From: an uncultured Oscillospiraceae bacterium | Lineage (GTDB): Bacteria > Bacillota > Clostridia > Oscillospirales > Oscillospiraceae | NCBI GenBank assembly: GCA_963560135.1 | Contig: CAUWNA010000040.1 | Location: 9,734 to 73,733 of the forward strand | Reading direction: 5' to 3' | DNA: 64,000 nt | Position numbers and translations under genes: made by a program | The notes under the pieces: generated by a model | What the model saw: only the letters and a program-made list of their open reading frames with translations | Databases searched by the model: none | Told to the model about the DNA's origin: nothing | Shown here: positions 36,843-47,841 of the stretch, piece after piece | Layout of the letters: every line of letters begins with the position of its first letter | Position numbering within the stretch: position 1 is the first letter of the stretch

Positions 36843-37805
36843 TTATTCCTGCTCCAAGGCCAGCATCGCCTGCTCCACAGCCTTGGCCGCCTCCTCCAGA
36901 GGCAGCCGAATCAGGCCGCCGGCAGCGCCCTTGTGACCGCCGCCGCCAAAGCAGACCGTCACCCGGGTAGCATCGTAGCCGGGAATGGCCCGGACGGAGA
37001 GCTTGGAGTCGCCGTCGTTATTCTGCCGCAGGGTAGCCGCCATTTTCACACCGGCCACCGTCCGGGGGAAGGAGGAAATGTTGTCCATATCGTCCTCCGT
37101 CACACCCAACGCCTCTTCCACAGCCTTGGGAATGGCGCAAACTGCCATCTGCCCATTCTGAATCAGGTGCATGTGGTCCACGATCCAAGCCTGCATCTTC
37201 AGCCGGGCCAGGGTGTTGGTTTCAAACAGCTCCTGGTTCAGCTGGTAAATTCTGGCACCCGCCTGGGCACACTGGGCCGCTACGGAGAAGGTGTGGGCCG
37301 TGGTATTGGCATAGCGGAAGCAGCCGGTATCCGTGGACAGGCCCACATAGGCCGCTTCTGCAAGGTCCTGATCCGGCTGAACGCCCATGGCCATCAGCAA
37401 ATCCCAGACAATCTCCGCGCAGGAGGCGCTGGACGGGTCCACCATCTCCCAGGGCGTGAAGGACGTGGCAGAGCCATGGTGGTCAATGCGCAGTTGGATG
37501 GCATCCTTCCAAGGCGCAAACGCCTTGGGCACCAGGCTAGGAGAAGCCGTATCCACGCACACCAGCGTGTCTCCCGACTCCGCCGCATCCTTGGTCAGGC
37601 CCTGATGCAGCCAGGCAAACCGGGGGGAAACCTCGGGATTTTTCAGCACATAGGCGTTTTTTCCCAGCTGCCGCAGGCCCCGGCACAGCGCAGCGGAAGA
37701 ACCGGTGGTGTCGCCATCCGGGCGGCAGTGGCTTAAAATCACAAAGTTGTCCCGCTCCATCAGAAACCGGGCGGTATCATTCCGAGTCAGTATCGTTGTC
37801 TTCAT
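36843..37805 (-). CDS. nrnA: DHH/DHHA1 phosphoesterase (NrnA-type oligoribonuclease/pAp phosphatase)
   Basis: SHCRPDGDTTGS, IDHHGS and GGGGHKGAAG motifs. Confidence 0.88.
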   Translation of the reverse strand: MKTTILTRNDTARFLMERDNFVILSHCRPDGDTTGSSAALCRGLRQLGKNAYVLKNPEVSPRFAWLHQGLTKDAAESGDTLVCVDTASPSLVPKAFAPWKDAIQLRIDHHGSATSFTPWEMVDPSSASCAEIVWDLLMAMGVQPDQDLAEAAYVGLSTDTGCFRYANTTAHTFSVAAQCAQAGARIYQLNQELFETNTLARLKMQAWIVDHMHLIQNGQMAVCAIPKAVEEALGVTEDDMDNISSFPRTVAGVKMAATLRQNNDGDSKLSVRAIPGYDATRVTVCFGGGGHKGAAGGLIRLPLEEAAKAVEQAMLALEQE

Positions 37806-38151
37806 CGTGGTTTACCTCAAGGGAATTGATGAGCCTCAGCATTTTTGCGCCATAGGTGATGGAGTCATCCTGTGCCCAGACAATTTCCGGGCTGTACCGC
37901 AGGCGCAGATTGCTGCCCAGCTGGCGGCGCAGGAATCCGGCGGCGGATTTTAAGCCCGCCATGGCCTCCTTGGCCTTGTCCTCCTGGAGGAAGGACACAT
38001 ACACCTTGGTGTAGCGCAGATCCGGGGTGGTTTCTACCCGGGTAATGGAAATCATCACATCCTGAACCCGGGGGTCCTTGACGGTGCGCAGAAGGGCCGA
38101 CAGCTCCTTCTGAATCTCCTCGTTAATCAGCAAAATACGGTTTTGTGCCAT
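37777..38151 (-). CDS. rbfA: Ribosome-binding factor A
   Basis: 124 aa. RbfA KH-like core (IQKELSALLRT VKDPRV, ITRVETTPDLRYTKVYVS). Acidic C-terminal tail overlaps the nrnA start. Confidence 0.9.
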   Translation of the reverse strand: MAQNRILLINEEIQKELSALLRTVKDPRVQDVMISITRVETTPDLRYTKVYVSFLQEDKAKEAMAGLKSAAGFLRRQLGSNLRLRYSPEIVWAQDDSITYGAKMLRLINSLEVNHDEDNDTDSE

Positions 38152-38238
38152 AGTGCAATCTCCTTTCCGCCGGGGACTTTCCCGGCGTAATGCAAACGCT
38201 GCCGCACCGCTTCAGCGGCACGGCAGCGGTCCAATCCG

Positions 38239-40596
38239 TTATCGTTTTACTTCCTGCATGGCGAAGCATTCAAAGATGTCGCCTTCCTTGATATCGTTGT
38301 ACTTGACCACGCTCATGCCGCACTCGTAGCCGGCGGTGACTTCCTTCACCGCATCCTTGAAGCGCTGCAGGGAGCCGATCTCGCCCTCGTGGATGACGAT
38401 GTTGTCCCGGAGGATGCGCACCTGGGCATCTCTCGTGACCTTGCCGTCCTTGACCATGCAGCCGGCGATGGTGCCGATGGCGCTGACCTTGTAGGTCATG
38501 CGGACCTCGGCGTGGCCGATGACCACTTCCTCGTACTTAGGTGCCAGCATGCCCTTCATAGCAGCCTCAATCTCGTCGATGGCATCATAGATGACCCGGT
38601 AGAAGCGCATATCCACGTTGGCCCGGTGACCGGAAGCCTGGGCAGCAGCATCGGGACGGACGTTGAAGCCCACGATGATGGCGCCGGAGGTGGAAGCCAG
38701 CAGCACGTCGGACTCATTGATAGCGCCGACACCGGCGTGGATGACCTTGACCCGGACTTCCTCGTTGGAAATCTTTTCCAGGGAGGCTTTCACTGCCTCA
38801 GCAGAACCCTGCACGTCGGCCTTGACGATCAGGTTCAGGGTCTTCATTTCGCCCTCCTGCATCTTGGCAAACAGGTTATCCAGGGACACCTTCTGCATCA
38901 GGTTGGCGGCTGCATCCTTCTGGGCCTGCTTGCGCTGCTCCACCAGCTCTCTTGCCATGCGCTCGTCGGTGACGGCGTTGAACTCGTCGCCGGGGGCGGG
39001 CACTTCGGCAAGACCGGTGATCTCCACAGGCACGGAAGGTCCAGCGGTCTTCACGGTGCGGCCCTTATCGTTGGTCATCACACGGACACGGCCCACGGCA
39101 GTACCGGCGATGACGATGTCGCCCTGATTCAGAGTGCCGTTCTGCACCAGCAGGGTTGCCACGGGGCCACGGGTCTTGTCCAGACGGGCCTCGATCACCG
39201 TACCCTTGGCACGGCGGTTGGGGTTGGCCTTCAGCTCCTGCACCTCAGCAGTCAGCAGCACCATTTCCAGCAGCTCGTCCAGGCCCTTGCCGGTCTTGGC
39301 AGAGATGGGCACGATGATGGTATCGCCGCCCCACTCCTCGGGGATCAGGTCGTACTTGGTCAGCTGCTCCTTGATCTTATCCGGGTTGGCAGTGGGCTTA
39401 TCCATCTTGTTGATGGCCACGATCAGAGGCACTTCTGCTGCCTTGGCGTGGTTGATGGATTCCACAGTCTGGGGCATGATGCCGTCGTCGGCTGCCACCA
39501 CCAGAATGGCGATGTCGGTGGACTTGGCGCCACGGGCACGCATCGAGGTAAAGGCGGCGTGGCCCGGCGTATCCAGGAAGGTGATCATCTGGCCGTTCAC
39601 CTCAACGGTGTAAGCGCCGATGTGCTGGGTGATGCCGCCAGCCTCGCCGGAGGTGACGGAGGTCTTGCGGATGGCATCCAGGGTAGAGGTCTTACCGTGG
39701 TCAACGTGACCCATAACCACCACAACGGGTGCACGGGGCTCCAGCTCTTCGGCGGTGTCCACGTGGTCGTCGATGATCCGTTCCTCGATGGTGACGGTGA
39801 TTTCCTTCTCCACCTTGCAGCCCATTTCGGTGGCCACAAATTCGGCGGTTTCAAAGTCGATGGTCTGGTTGATGGCGGCCATCACGCCGTTCTTCATCAG
39901 GCACTTGATGACCTCACCGGCGGTTTTCTTCATCCGGGAAGCCAGCTCGCCCACGGTGATTTCGTCAGGAATCTTCACGGTCAGCGGAGCCTTCCGTGCC
40001 ACTTCCATTTGCAGGCGGCGCATCTTCTCCTGCTCTTCGTTGCGGCTCTTATTGCCACGGTACTTGCCGTTCTGCTGGCGGCCGTTCTGCTTGCCCTTAC
40101 CGCCGCCGATACGCTGCTTGCCGCCCTGGAAGTTCTGGACCCGCTCGGAAACCAGATTGTCCACGTCGGCAAAGCGGCCGGAGTTGACCTGAACTGCGGA
40201 GGTGTCCACCACCCGGCGCTCCCGCTTCCGCTCCGGTTCCTTGGGCTTGTCGGCCTTGGGGGGCTGGGCATTCTGGGCGGGCTGGGGCTTTTCAGTCTGG
40301 GGCCGGCTGTTGTTCTGGGCCTTGGCAGGCTGGGGCTTATTGTTCTGGGCCTTGGGGGTCTCGGCCTTGGGCTCCTGCTTGGGGGCAGTGGGCTTGACCG
40401 TGAAAATCTGCTCCAAGGACTGGACCTGGTTTTTCTGGGTCATATAGTCAAAGACCAGGTTCAGCTCCTGGTCCGTCAGGACCTGGGTGTTGGACTTGGG
40501 CTTCTCCCCAAACTGGCCGATGATCTCGGTGATAACCTTGGGGGCCACACCAAAATCCGAGGCCACCTCTTTGACTCGATACTTCACAAAACTCAT
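38239..40596 (-). CDS. infB: Translation initiation factor IF-2
   Basis: 785 aa. Low-complexity N-terminal region, [10 protein letters not shown]-domain, DTPGH, NKMD, and conserved C-terminal domains. Confidence 0.97.
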   Translation of the reverse strand: MSFVKYRVKEVASDFGVAPKVITEIIGQFGEKPKSNTQVLTDQELNLVFDYMTQKNQVQSLEQIFTVKPTAPKQEPKAETPKAQNNKPQPAKAQNNSRPQTEKPQPAQNAQPPKADKPKEPERKRERRVVDTSAVQVNSGRFADVDNLVSERVQNFQGGKQRIGGGKGKQNGRQQNGKYRGNKSRNEEQEKMRRLQMEVARKAPLTVKIPDEITVGELASRMKKTAGEVIKCLMKNGVMAAINQTIDFETAEFVATEMGCKVEKEITVTIEERIIDDHVDTAEELEPRAPVVVVMGHVDHGKTSTLDAIRKTSVTSGEAGGITQHIGAYTVEVNGQMITFLDTPGHAAFTSMRARGAKSTDIAILVVAADDGIMPQTVESINHAKAAEVPLIVAINKMDKPTANPDKIKEQLTKYDLIPEEWGGDTIIVPISAKTGKGLDELLEMVLLTAEVQELKANPNRRAKGTVIEARLDKTRGPVATLLVQNGTLNQGDIVIAGTAVGRVRVMTNDKGRTVKTAGPSVPVEITGLAEVPAPGDEFNAVTDERMARELVEQRKQAQKDAAANLMQKVSLDNLFAKMQEGEMKTLNLIVKADVQGSAEAVKASLEKISNEEVRVKVIHAGVGAINESDVLLASTSGAIIVGFNVRPDAAAQASGHRANVDMRFYRVIYDAIDEIEAAMKGMLAPKYEEVVIGHAEVRMTYKVSAIGTIAGCMVKDGKVTRDAQVRILRDNIVIHEGEIGSLQRFKDAVKEVTAGYECGMSVVKYNDIKEGDIFECFAMQEVKR

Positions 40597-40700
40597 TCTA
40601 TAAACGCACCTCCATCATTGGATCAGCAAAATTCAGGGAAATGCCGAACTTCGCTGTCAACTTGTGTGTACTGCCTATGGGATTCCCGGCATTGCGGGAG

Positions 40701-41108
40701 TCACTTCTTTCCTTTTCTCCGATTGCGCTGGTGGGCCTTTGCCTCCTGGCGGTGCTTCTTCTGCTTGATCGCCTTGCCCTGCAGCACCTCCAGCGTTCCG
40801 GCAGGAACCTGGGGCAGGCTTTTGGCCAGCGCCAGGGCCAGCTCCGCATCGGTAATGGCGGCAATGGCCAGGCTGGTTCTGCCAATGGCGAAGCCCATCT
40901 CCTCCTTGGTGCAGGTAAGGCGCAGGCACTGCTGGTCCGTCCCTGCGGCAAAGCTCTTGGCTCGCCGCCAGGTGTGGTCCGAGGCATCCCCTGCCACCAG
41001 AATCACGTAGGCCTTCTCGGCCCGGGCTGCGGCGCCTACCGGCTCCTCGCCCAGTTCCGCCAGCCCTGCTTTTCTGGCCAGGGCCAGATAATTCAGCACC
41101 TTATCCAC
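40701..41108 (-). CDS. ylxQ: L7Ae-family RNA-binding protein YlxQ with a Lys/Arg-rich C-terminal tail
   Basis: VLNYLALARKAGL...ILVAGDAS core, positioned between ylxR and infB. GTG at 41108 (6 nt after GGAGG) is preferred over the track ATG at 41141. Confidence 0.75.
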   Translation of the reverse strand: MDKVLNYLALARKAGLAELGEEPVGAAARAEKAYVILVAGDASDHTWRRAKSFAAGTDQQCLRLTCTKEEMGFAIGRTSLAIAAITDAELALALAKSLPQVPAGTLEVLQGKAIKQKKHRQEAKAHQRNRRKGKK

Positions 41109-41370
41109 GGCCTGCCTCCATTTCCTTTTCCAGACGGTCATAGACCTCCTGGGGGATGGCCACTTCCAAGCTCCGGTCCAGTGCCTTGGAGCGAATTGCC
41201 TTTTTCAGGCACGCCGGGTCCGGGCACAGGTAGGCCCCCCGGCCATTCATTTTACCGCCAAAGTCCAGGCTGACCTCGCCCTCCGGGGTGCGAACCACCC
41301 GGATGAGATCCCGCTTGGCTTTGCGTTCCCGGCAGCCCATACACTGCCGCTGGGGAATTTTCTTTTGCAT
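41101..41370 (-). CDS. ylxR: YlxR/RnpM (DUF448) RNA-binding protein
   Basis: RQCMGCRERKAKRDLIRVV...GRGAYLC motif. Start placed at MQKKIP after GGAGGGA. Confidence 0.88.
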   Translation of the reverse strand: MQKKIPQRQCMGCRERKAKRDLIRVVRTPEGEVSLDFGGKMNGRGAYLCPDPACLKKAIRSKALDRSLEVAIPQEVYDRLEKEMEAGRG

Positions 41371-41411
41371 ACGGACTCCCTCCAAAATCGGGATCTATTC
41401 TCCCGGAATTG

Positions 41412-42599
41412 TCAAATTTCTTCGGACTCTGCCTCGTCGGGCAGCGCAGCCTCGTCAGGCTCCTCGGTCTCCTCCGCAGCGGCGGCAGCCAGGAAGCTGG
41501 CGGGCTTGATGTCCACCTTGCAGCCGGTGAGCCGGGCGGCCAGGCGGGCGTTCTGGCCCTCCTTGCCGATGGCCAGAGACAGCTGGTCGTCGGGGACGAT
41601 GACCCGGCAGGCTTTCTGGCCGGGGATCAGGCTGACAGACACCACATCCGCAGGGCTGAGCGCTGCCCGCACATACTCGCAGGGATCCTCGCTCCAAACC
41701 ACGATGTCGATTTTCTCGCCGCACAGCTCCTCCACAACGGCACCCACACGGCCGCCTCTGGGGCCGACACAAGCGCCCACGGGATCGATGCCCTCCATGG
41801 TAGCCCGCACTGCCATCTTGGACCGGGAACCGGCCTCTCGGGCGATGTTGCGGATCTCCACCTGGCCATCGGCGATTTCCGGGGTTTCCAACTCGAACAG
41901 CCGGCGAACCAGGTTGGGGTGGGTCCGGGAAACCTGGACCATGGGTCCACGGCCCATCTTATGCACTTCCAGCACATACACCCGCAGCAGCTGGCCTTCG
42001 GTGTAGTGCTCGCCGGGAATCTGCTCGCTGGAGCGGAGCACGGCATCGGAGTGGTCGCCGTCCTGGCCGTTGATGCGCAGGAACACGTCCCCGGTGGTGG
42101 GGTCGATGCGCAGCACGGTGCCGGTGAGCAGCTCCTGGGCCTTGGAAGAATAGGACTCGTAGGCCACGCCACGCTCTGCCTCCCGGATGCCCTGAATCAC
42201 CACCTGCTTTGCGGTTTGGGCAGCGATGCGGCCGAACTTCTGAATGTCCACGGGGATGGAGATGCTGTCGCCCACCTGGGCCGTGGGATCGATCCGCCGG
42301 GCAGCGTCGATGTGGATTTCCAAAGCGGTATCCTCCAGCACGTCCACCGCAGTCTTCACAATGTGCATGGCAAGGCCCTTTTCGCTCAGGTCCACCACCA
42401 CGTTGTCTGCCGGCACGTCCCGCCGGTCCTCCCGGTCCTTGCGGTAGGCATTGGTCAGCGCCTGCTTCAGCCGCTCCACCATGTACTCCACCGGGATGCC
42501 CTTAAGCTTTTCCAGTTCCCGCAGGGATGCAAAAATCTCTGCGCCGATATCGACCTTGGGGGCCTCGGCCTGCTTCTTGGCTCTGGTATTTCTGGCCAT
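41412..42599 (-). CDS. nusA: Transcription termination/antitermination factor NusA
   Basis: 395 aa. N-terminal domain, S1 domain and two KH domains (GACVGPRGGRV, AIGKEGQNARLAARLTG). Acidic tail. Confidence 0.96.
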   Translation of the reverse strand: MARNTRAKKQAEAPKVDIGAEIFASLRELEKLKGIPVEYMVERLKQALTNAYRKDREDRRDVPADNVVVDLSEKGLAMHIVKTAVDVLEDTALEIHIDAARRIDPTAQVGDSISIPVDIQKFGRIAAQTAKQVVIQGIREAERGVAYESYSSKAQELLTGTVLRIDPTTGDVFLRINGQDGDHSDAVLRSSEQIPGEHYTEGQLLRVYVLEVHKMGRGPMVQVSRTHPNLVRRLFELETPEIADGQVEIRNIAREAGSRSKMAVRATMEGIDPVGACVGPRGGRVGAVVEELCGEKIDIVVWSEDPCEYVRAALSPADVVSVSLIPGQKACRVIVPDDQLSLAIGKEGQNARLAARLTGCKVDIKPASFLAAAAAEETEEPDEAALPDEAESEEI

Positions 42600-42616
42600 G
42601 TTCGATGATTCCTCCT

Positions 42617-43069
42617 TTAGAATTCCACACGAAGCCGCACCAGGGCGACCTCTGATTTTTCAAATGTAATGGTTTCTTTTCCGGCCTCTACGGTAATGCG
42701 GCCGTCATCATAGCCCCGGAGCACGGCAGGAATTTCCTTCAGGCCGTTGCGGGGACGATAGAGCTTCACAGTAACGGGACTTCCCAGAAACCGCTGGAAA
42801 TCACCGGGCCGCTTCAGCGCCCGTTCCAGTCCCGCAGAGCAGACCTCGAAGTGATAGGAGCCCTGGATGGGGTCCTTTTCGTCCAGAATGGGGTCCACTG
42901 CCCGAGAGACGGCCTCGCAGTCGGAAATGTCCACGCCGCCTTCTTTATCCAGGTACAGCCGCAGGAAATACTCGCTGCCCTCCCGGACATATTCCACGTC
43001 CCAAAGCTGACAGCCCTGGGCTTCTACGATGGGCTGCGCAAAGCTAGCCACCAAATCTGTCACTTTCAT
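42617..43069 (-). CDS. rimP: Ribosome maturation factor RimP
   Basis: 150 aa from MKVTDLV. The motif pattern YFLRLYLDKEGGVDISDCEAVSRAV is typical of RimP. Lies upstream of nusA. Confidence 0.9.
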   Translation of the reverse strand: MKVTDLVASFAQPIVEAQGCQLWDVEYVREGSEYFLRLYLDKEGGVDISDCEAVSRAVDPILDEKDPIQGSYHFEVCSAGLERALKRPGDFQRFLGSPVTVKLYRPRNGLKEIPAVLRGYDDGRITVEAGKETITFEKSEVALVRLRVEF

Positions 43070-43146
43070 GCAAACCGTCCTTTCTTCAACAAGAAAGAGA
43101 GGCGCTTGCGCCTCTCTTTTCCTACACTCTACCATTTACAGTGGTT

Positions 43147-43175
43147 ATTATACCACCCTTATGCCCGTTTGGCAA
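43147..43175 (-). promoter_or_regulatory. Promoter of the rimP-nusA-infB operon
   Basis: The minus strand reads TTGCCA, 17 nt, TATAAT with an extended-10 TG (TGGTATAAT), about 75 nt upstream of the rimP start. Confidence 0.6.
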
Positions 43176-43240
43176 GAGGGTTTCCTGGGTTTTTCCAGAA
43201 GTTTTTTGATTTTTTCCGGGAAAAGCCCCCGTTTTCCGGC

Positions 43241-43271
43241 AAACCCCCTCCATCCCGCAGGATAGAGGGGG
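43241..43271 (-). terminator. Terminator downstream of glgA
   Basis: Stem ccccctc...gaggggg about 13 nt after the glgA stop codon. The U-tract is short. Confidence 0.5.
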
Positions 43272-43283
43272 CGCGAAATCAGA

Positions 43284-44729
43284 TTACCAGGCCAGCATCC
43301 GGTGGAACTGCTTCATGTACTGGGCCGCAGGCACGTCCCAGCTGAAATCGGTCTCCATGCCCCGCTTTTGCAGTGCACGGAACGCCTCCGGTTCCTTGTT
43401 GTACAGATTCAGGCAGCGCTTCACAGCTGCGTAGAAGTCATCGGCGTTGTAGCTCTGGAAGGTAAAGCCCAGGCCGCCCTCGCCATTTTCGTCGCAGGGA
43501 GGCACGGTATCCTTCAAGCCGCCGGTGGCATGGACCACAGGCACGGTGCCGTAGCGCATGGCGTTCATCTGGCTCAGGCCGCATGGCTCGGACTTGGAGG
43601 GCATCAGATAGATGTCGCCGCCGGCATAGATGCGGGCTGCCAGGCCCAGATTGAAGGTGATCTTTGCCGCCACCTGCTCCGGGAACTGCTTGGCCAGGTC
43701 CTTGAAGAAAGCCTCATACTGGGCTTCGCCGGTGCCCAGGATCAGCAGCTGGGCATCCTCCTCCCACATCAGTCTGCGGGCGATGTAGCACAGCAGGTCC
43801 AGGCCCTTATGTCCAGCCAGGCGGGTGACCATAACCATCAGCGGCACATCCGGCTTCACCGGCAGGCCCACTTCCTTTTGCAGGGCCGCCTTCACCGCAG
43901 CCTTGCCCTCGACAAAGGTTTCGCTGTTGTAGTGGGCAGGCAGGGCCTTGTCGGTTTCGGGGTTGAAGGTATTCACGTCAATGCCGTTGGTGATGCCGGT
44001 GAGCTTCCAGGCGTTGTTGGCCAGGATCCCGTCCAGGCCGTGGGCATAGTACGGATACATCAGCTCCCGGGCGTAGGTCTCAGAAACGGTAGTCACCAGA
44101 TCCGCCGTTTCGATGGCGCCCTTCATCACGTTGACGGAGTTGTTCATGTCCAGCGTGCCCCGGTACTCCCAAGGAAGGCCCAGCATATCATCGAAGAAGT
44201 TGGAGTTTGCCCAGCCCTGGTACTCGATGTTGTGGATGGTGTACATGCACCGGGTCTTGGGGAACTGCTCGGTGTACATAGCCTTCAGGAAGGTGGGAAT
44301 CAGCGCCGTCTGCCAGTCGTTGCACTGAATGACCTCCGGAATCTGCTCCAGCGCCACCATGGCATCCAGGCAAGCCCGGGAGAAGAAGGCAAAGCGCTCG
44401 CCGTCATCCATGTCGCCATAGATTGCTCCGGTGCGGCCGCCGAAGTAATACTCGTTGTCCAGGAAGTAGACCTGCACACCGTCATGGCGGTTGCGCAGCT
44501 TCATCACGGCGCAGTACTGCTTCCGCCAGCCCAAGGTCACCCGGAACTGGGCGACCTCCTCCACTTCGTAGGCAGCGTTGGTTTTGATTTTGTTGTAGTA
44601 GGGCAGGAACAGGGATACCTGGTTGTCCTCAATTCTGGCCAGCGCAGCCGGCAGAGCTTCCATTACGTCGCCCAGGCCGCCGGACTTGGCATAGGGTGCC
44701 CCCTCAGAGGCACAGATGGCAATTCTCAT
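43284..44729 (-). CDS. glgA: Glycogen synthase (ADP-glucose type)
   Basis: 481 aa. SEGAPYAKSGGLGDV N-terminal motif and a GT5 fold. Confidence 0.95.
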   Translation of the reverse strand: MRIAICASEGAPYAKSGGLGDVMEALPAALARIEDNQVSLFLPYYNKIKTNAAYEVEEVAQFRVTLGWRKQYCAVMKLRNRHDGVQVYFLDNEYYFGGRTGAIYGDMDDGERFAFFSRACLDAMVALEQIPEVIQCNDWQTALIPTFLKAMYTEQFPKTRCMYTIHNIEYQGWANSNFFDDMLGLPWEYRGTLDMNNSVNVMKGAIETADLVTTVSETYARELMYPYYAHGLDGILANNAWKLTGITNGIDVNTFNPETDKALPAHYNSETFVEGKAAVKAALQKEVGLPVKPDVPLMVMVTRLAGHKGLDLLCYIARRLMWEEDAQLLILGTGEAQYEAFFKDLAKQFPEQVAAKITFNLGLAARIYAGGDIYLMPSKSEPCGLSQMNAMRYGTVPVVHATGGLKDTVPPCDENGEGGLGFTFQSYNADDFYAAVKRCLNLYNKEPEAFRALQKRGMETDFSWDVPAAQYMKQFHRMLAW

Positions 44730-45838
44730 ACAGTCTCCCCCCGCTTGACGATCACCGGGCTCTTCTTGGTGCCGATGAGCTTGGCACCGGGGGTCACGGT
44801 GACATTCTTATCCAGGATGGCGTACTTCAGCTCGGCGCCCTCGCCGATGACGGCATCGTTCATAATGACGCAGTGCTCCACCTCGGCATCTCTGCCCACG
44901 CTGACCTGACGGAACAGCACGGAGTCCTCCACCTCACCTTCCAGCATACAGCCGTCGGCAATCAGGCAGTTTTCCACTTCGCAGCTCTCGCCGTAGTAGG
45001 TGGGTACACGGAAGCGCACCTTGGTATAGATGGGGTGGTTGCCGTGGAACACATCATGGCGGGTATCCTTGTCGATCAGCGCCATGGAGTTGTAGAAATA
45101 TTCCTCCACAGACTCGTTAAACAGGGCCACGCCCTGGAACTGGTAAACGTTCACAGACACCTTGCCCCGCTGCCAGCCGCCCAGCACCAGGTCCCGGTCC
45201 ATGTGGAACTTGTCCCGGGCGATCATCTCCTGAACCTGCTGGATGAGCCACTTCTTGCTCAGCACAAACACGTCCATCGAAGCCAGATAATCCTCAGGGG
45301 CGGCGTAGTCCACCACCATATCGGCCACTTCGCCGTTTTCATCCAGCTTCATGGCCAAATCCAGCACCTTCTTGCCGTTGGCAATGCCGGCCTTGGTGAC
45401 CACGGTCACATCCTTGCCGCTTTCCACGTGCTTGGTGAGGATATCCGTCAAATCCAGGTTGGACAGCACAGCGGAGTCGATCATCACCACCAGCTCATCC
45501 TCCGCACCGTACTCCAGGAAGTCCATGGCGGTGTTCAAAGACTCCAGCTTGCCCCGGTAGGTGTGGGTCATAGACTGGGCGAAGGGAGTCAGAAATTCCA
45601 GGCCGCCCTCTTCCAGCTCCAGACCCCACTCCTCGCCGTCGCCGATGTGGTTCATCAGGGACTGATAGTTGTGGCGAGAGATGATGCCCACATGGCGCAC
45701 GCCGGCGCAGCTCAGGTTGGACAGAGCGAAGTCCACCTGACGGTAGCGGCCGCCAAAGGGCAGGGACGCCATGGTACGTTTATCGGTCAGCTCACCAAGG
45801 CTTGCATCGTTGGTGAAAATAATACCCATTACATTCAT
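44726..45838 (-). CDS. glgD: Glucose-1-phosphate adenylyltransferase regulatory subunit GlgD
   Basis: 370 aa paralog of GlgC lacking the catalytic GGxGxR loop (starts MGIIFTND...LPFGGRYR). 4 nt overlap with glgA. Confidence 0.88.
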   Translation of the reverse strand: MNVMGIIFTNDASLGELTDKRTMASLPFGGRYRQVDFALSNLSCAGVRHVGIISRHNYQSLMNHIGDGEEWGLELEEGGLEFLTPFAQSMTHTYRGKLESLNTAMDFLEYGAEDELVVMIDSAVLSNLDLTDILTKHVESGKDVTVVTKAGIANGKKVLDLAMKLDENGEVADMVVDYAAPEDYLASMDVFVLSKKWLIQQVQEMIARDKFHMDRDLVLGGWQRGKVSVNVYQFQGVALFNESVEEYFYNSMALIDKDTRHDVFHGNHPIYTKVRFRVPTYYGESCEVENCLIADGCMLEGEVEDSVLFRQVSVGRDAEVEHCVIMNDAVIGEGAELKYAILDKNVTVTPGAKLIGTKKSPVIVKRGETV

Positions 45839-45853
45839 TGCGGAATCCTCCTG

Positions 45854-47044
45854 TTACAGCATGTCGCCGGGCTTGAGCACGGCGTTGGCTTCGACCACAG
45901 CGCCCTTGGCGGTAACGCTGATCTGCTTCTTCTCTCCGGGGGCGAATGCGCCGCCGACAACGGCGTTCTTGCAAACCTTGGAATCCTCGCCCAAAATGGC
46001 GTTGCGGACAATGGCGCCGGCCTCAATCACCACGCCGGGCATCACCACGCTGTCCTCAACCAAAGCGCCCTCCCCCACGGTGCAGCCGGTGGAGATGACA
46101 CTGTGGCGAATGGTGCCAAAAATCTCGCAGCCCTCTGCCACGAAGGCGTTGTAAATCTTAGCATCCTCATCAATGTAAGAAGAAGGCAGTGCCGAATGAC
46201 GGGCATAAATCTTGAACCGCTCATCGCCCCGCAGGTCAAACTCCGGCTCCTTGCCCAGCAGCTCCATGTTGGCCTCCCACAGGGAGTCGATGGTGCCCAC
46301 GTCCTTCCAGTAGCCGTCGAAGGGATAAGCCATCATCTTGTGACCGGCAGCCAGAAGATTGGGGATGATGTTCTTGCCGAAGTCGTTGGAGGACTTGGGG
46401 TCTTCCTCATCGGCCAGCAGTGCTTCCCGCAGCACCTTCCAGTTGAAGCAGTAAATGCCCATGGAGGCGTTGGTGGACTTGGGCTTTGCAGGCTTCTCCT
46501 CAAATTCATAGATGGAGTTGTCCGGATTGGTATTCAGAATGCCGAACCGGGAAGCCTCCTCCAGGGGCACATTGCGCACGGCGATGGTGCAGGAAGCCTC
46601 GTTCTTTTCGTGGTAGGCCACCATGGCGGCATAGTTCATCTTATAGATGTGGTCGCCGGAGAGAATCACCACGTAGTCCGGGTCGAAGCGGTCCACGAAG
46701 TCGATGTTCTGATAGATGGCATTGGCAGTGCCCTTGTACCAGCCGGATTTTTTGTCATGGCGCTCATAGGGAGGCAAAACCTGGGCGCAGGAATGGGTCT
46801 TGTTCAAGCCCCAGGGCTGGCCGTTGCCGATGTACTCGTTCAGCTCCAGAGGCTGATACTGGGTCAGAATACCCACAGTGTCGATGCCGGAGTTGACGCA
46901 GTTAGACAGGGGAAAATCGATGATGCGGTATTTGCCGCCAAAGGGCACGGCAGGCTTGGCGGTTTTCTCCGTCAAAACCTTCAGGCGGCTGCCCTGGCCA
47001 CCGGCCAGCAGCATGGCGATTACACGTTTTTTCTGAAAATACAT
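45854..47044 (-). CDS. glgC: Glucose-1-phosphate adenylyltransferase
   Basis: [10 protein letters not shown] and [14 protein letters not shown] motifs and a C-terminal LbH domain. ATG at 47044 (8 nt after AAGGAG) is preferred over GTG at 47050. Confidence 0.93.
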   Translation of the reverse strand: MYFQKKRVIAMLLAGGQGSRLKVLTEKTAKPAVPFGGKYRIIDFPLSNCVNSGIDTVGILTQYQPLELNEYIGNGQPWGLNKTHSCAQVLPPYERHDKKSGWYKGTANAIYQNIDFVDRFDPDYVVILSGDHIYKMNYAAMVAYHEKNEASCTIAVRNVPLEEASRFGILNTNPDNSIYEFEEKPAKPKSTNASMGIYCFNWKVLREALLADEEDPKSSNDFGKNIIPNLLAAGHKMMAYPFDGYWKDVGTIDSLWEANMELLGKEPEFDLRGDERFKIYARHSALPSSYIDEDAKIYNAFVAEGCEIFGTIRHSVISTGCTVGEGALVEDSVVMPGVVIEAGAIVRNAILGEDSKVCKNAVVGGAFAPGEKKQISVTAKGAVVEANAVLKPGDML

Positions 47045-47415
47045 GGTCACAGCTCCTTATTATAATTGATGGATGCTCTCCTCTTGAATGAAAGATAGGC
47101 GCACCTGGGCGCACTTTCCCACAGTGATAACATACCATATTTTTCATCCTGAGAAAAGAGAAAAGATATCTAAAATATTAAGAGAAAAATCGTCACTTTC
47201 CACAATTGACACACGCTTTGCGAAAAAATCCCTGGAATGTTTCACAACGAATCCGACATTTTTCCCCATTTGTCCTAAAAGATCAGCCAGGCTTTTCAGG
47301 GTTTTTTCGGCGAGTGCGGGCATTCGGAGTACTTTTTCCCATTTTCCTGGCAGCACTTTCGCCTTTACTTTCCCGCCGCCATCTAGTAAAATAGGCACAA
47401 AAGGAGGGAAGGCGT

Positions 47416-47841
47416 ATGTTTGACAATCCCAGGGACGATCTGCACTGGCTTCAGGAGGAGCTTCTGGCCGAGGAGCAGGCCGAGGGCTACGACGAGGATT
47501 ATGACGACGAAGAAGAGGACAATCCCCAATACTGTCCCGAGGATGACCCTGAACTTGCCTGGCTTCAGCAGGTGCACAGTCTGCTGGGGCCGGAAGATCC
47601 TCAGCCCCAGCACCCTGCCCGGGCTGCGAGGCAGACAAGAGCCAGCAAGGCTGCCCGTCAGGCGCCGCCGGCGCATTTTCAAAGCTATGACCCCGGTCAG
47701 GAGTGGGACGAAAGTGCCGCCGTTTTTGATGACGAACCGCCCCCCAAGGGCATTGGCGGGCTGCTGGTGCTGGCAATTTTGGAGCTGCTGGGAATTCTGG
47801 CAGTGGTAGGATGGTGGCTGAAATGGCTGGAAGTGTGGTAG
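47416..47841 (+). CDS. Hypothetical tail-anchored protein with a strongly acidic N-terminal half
   Basis: AAGGAGGGAAGG RBS. 141 aa. An Asp/Glu-rich N-terminus (EDYDDEEEDN), a Pro/Gln-rich linker, and a single C-terminal TM helix (IGGLLVLAILELLGILAVVGWWL). No family recognised. Confidence 0.55.
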   Translation: MFDNPRDDLHWLQEELLAEEQAEGYDEDYDDEEEDNPQYCPEDDPELAWLQQVHSLLGPEDPQPQHPARAARQTRASKAARQAPPAHFQSYDPGQEWDESAAVFDDEPPPKGIGGLLVLAILELLGILAVVGWWLKWLEVW

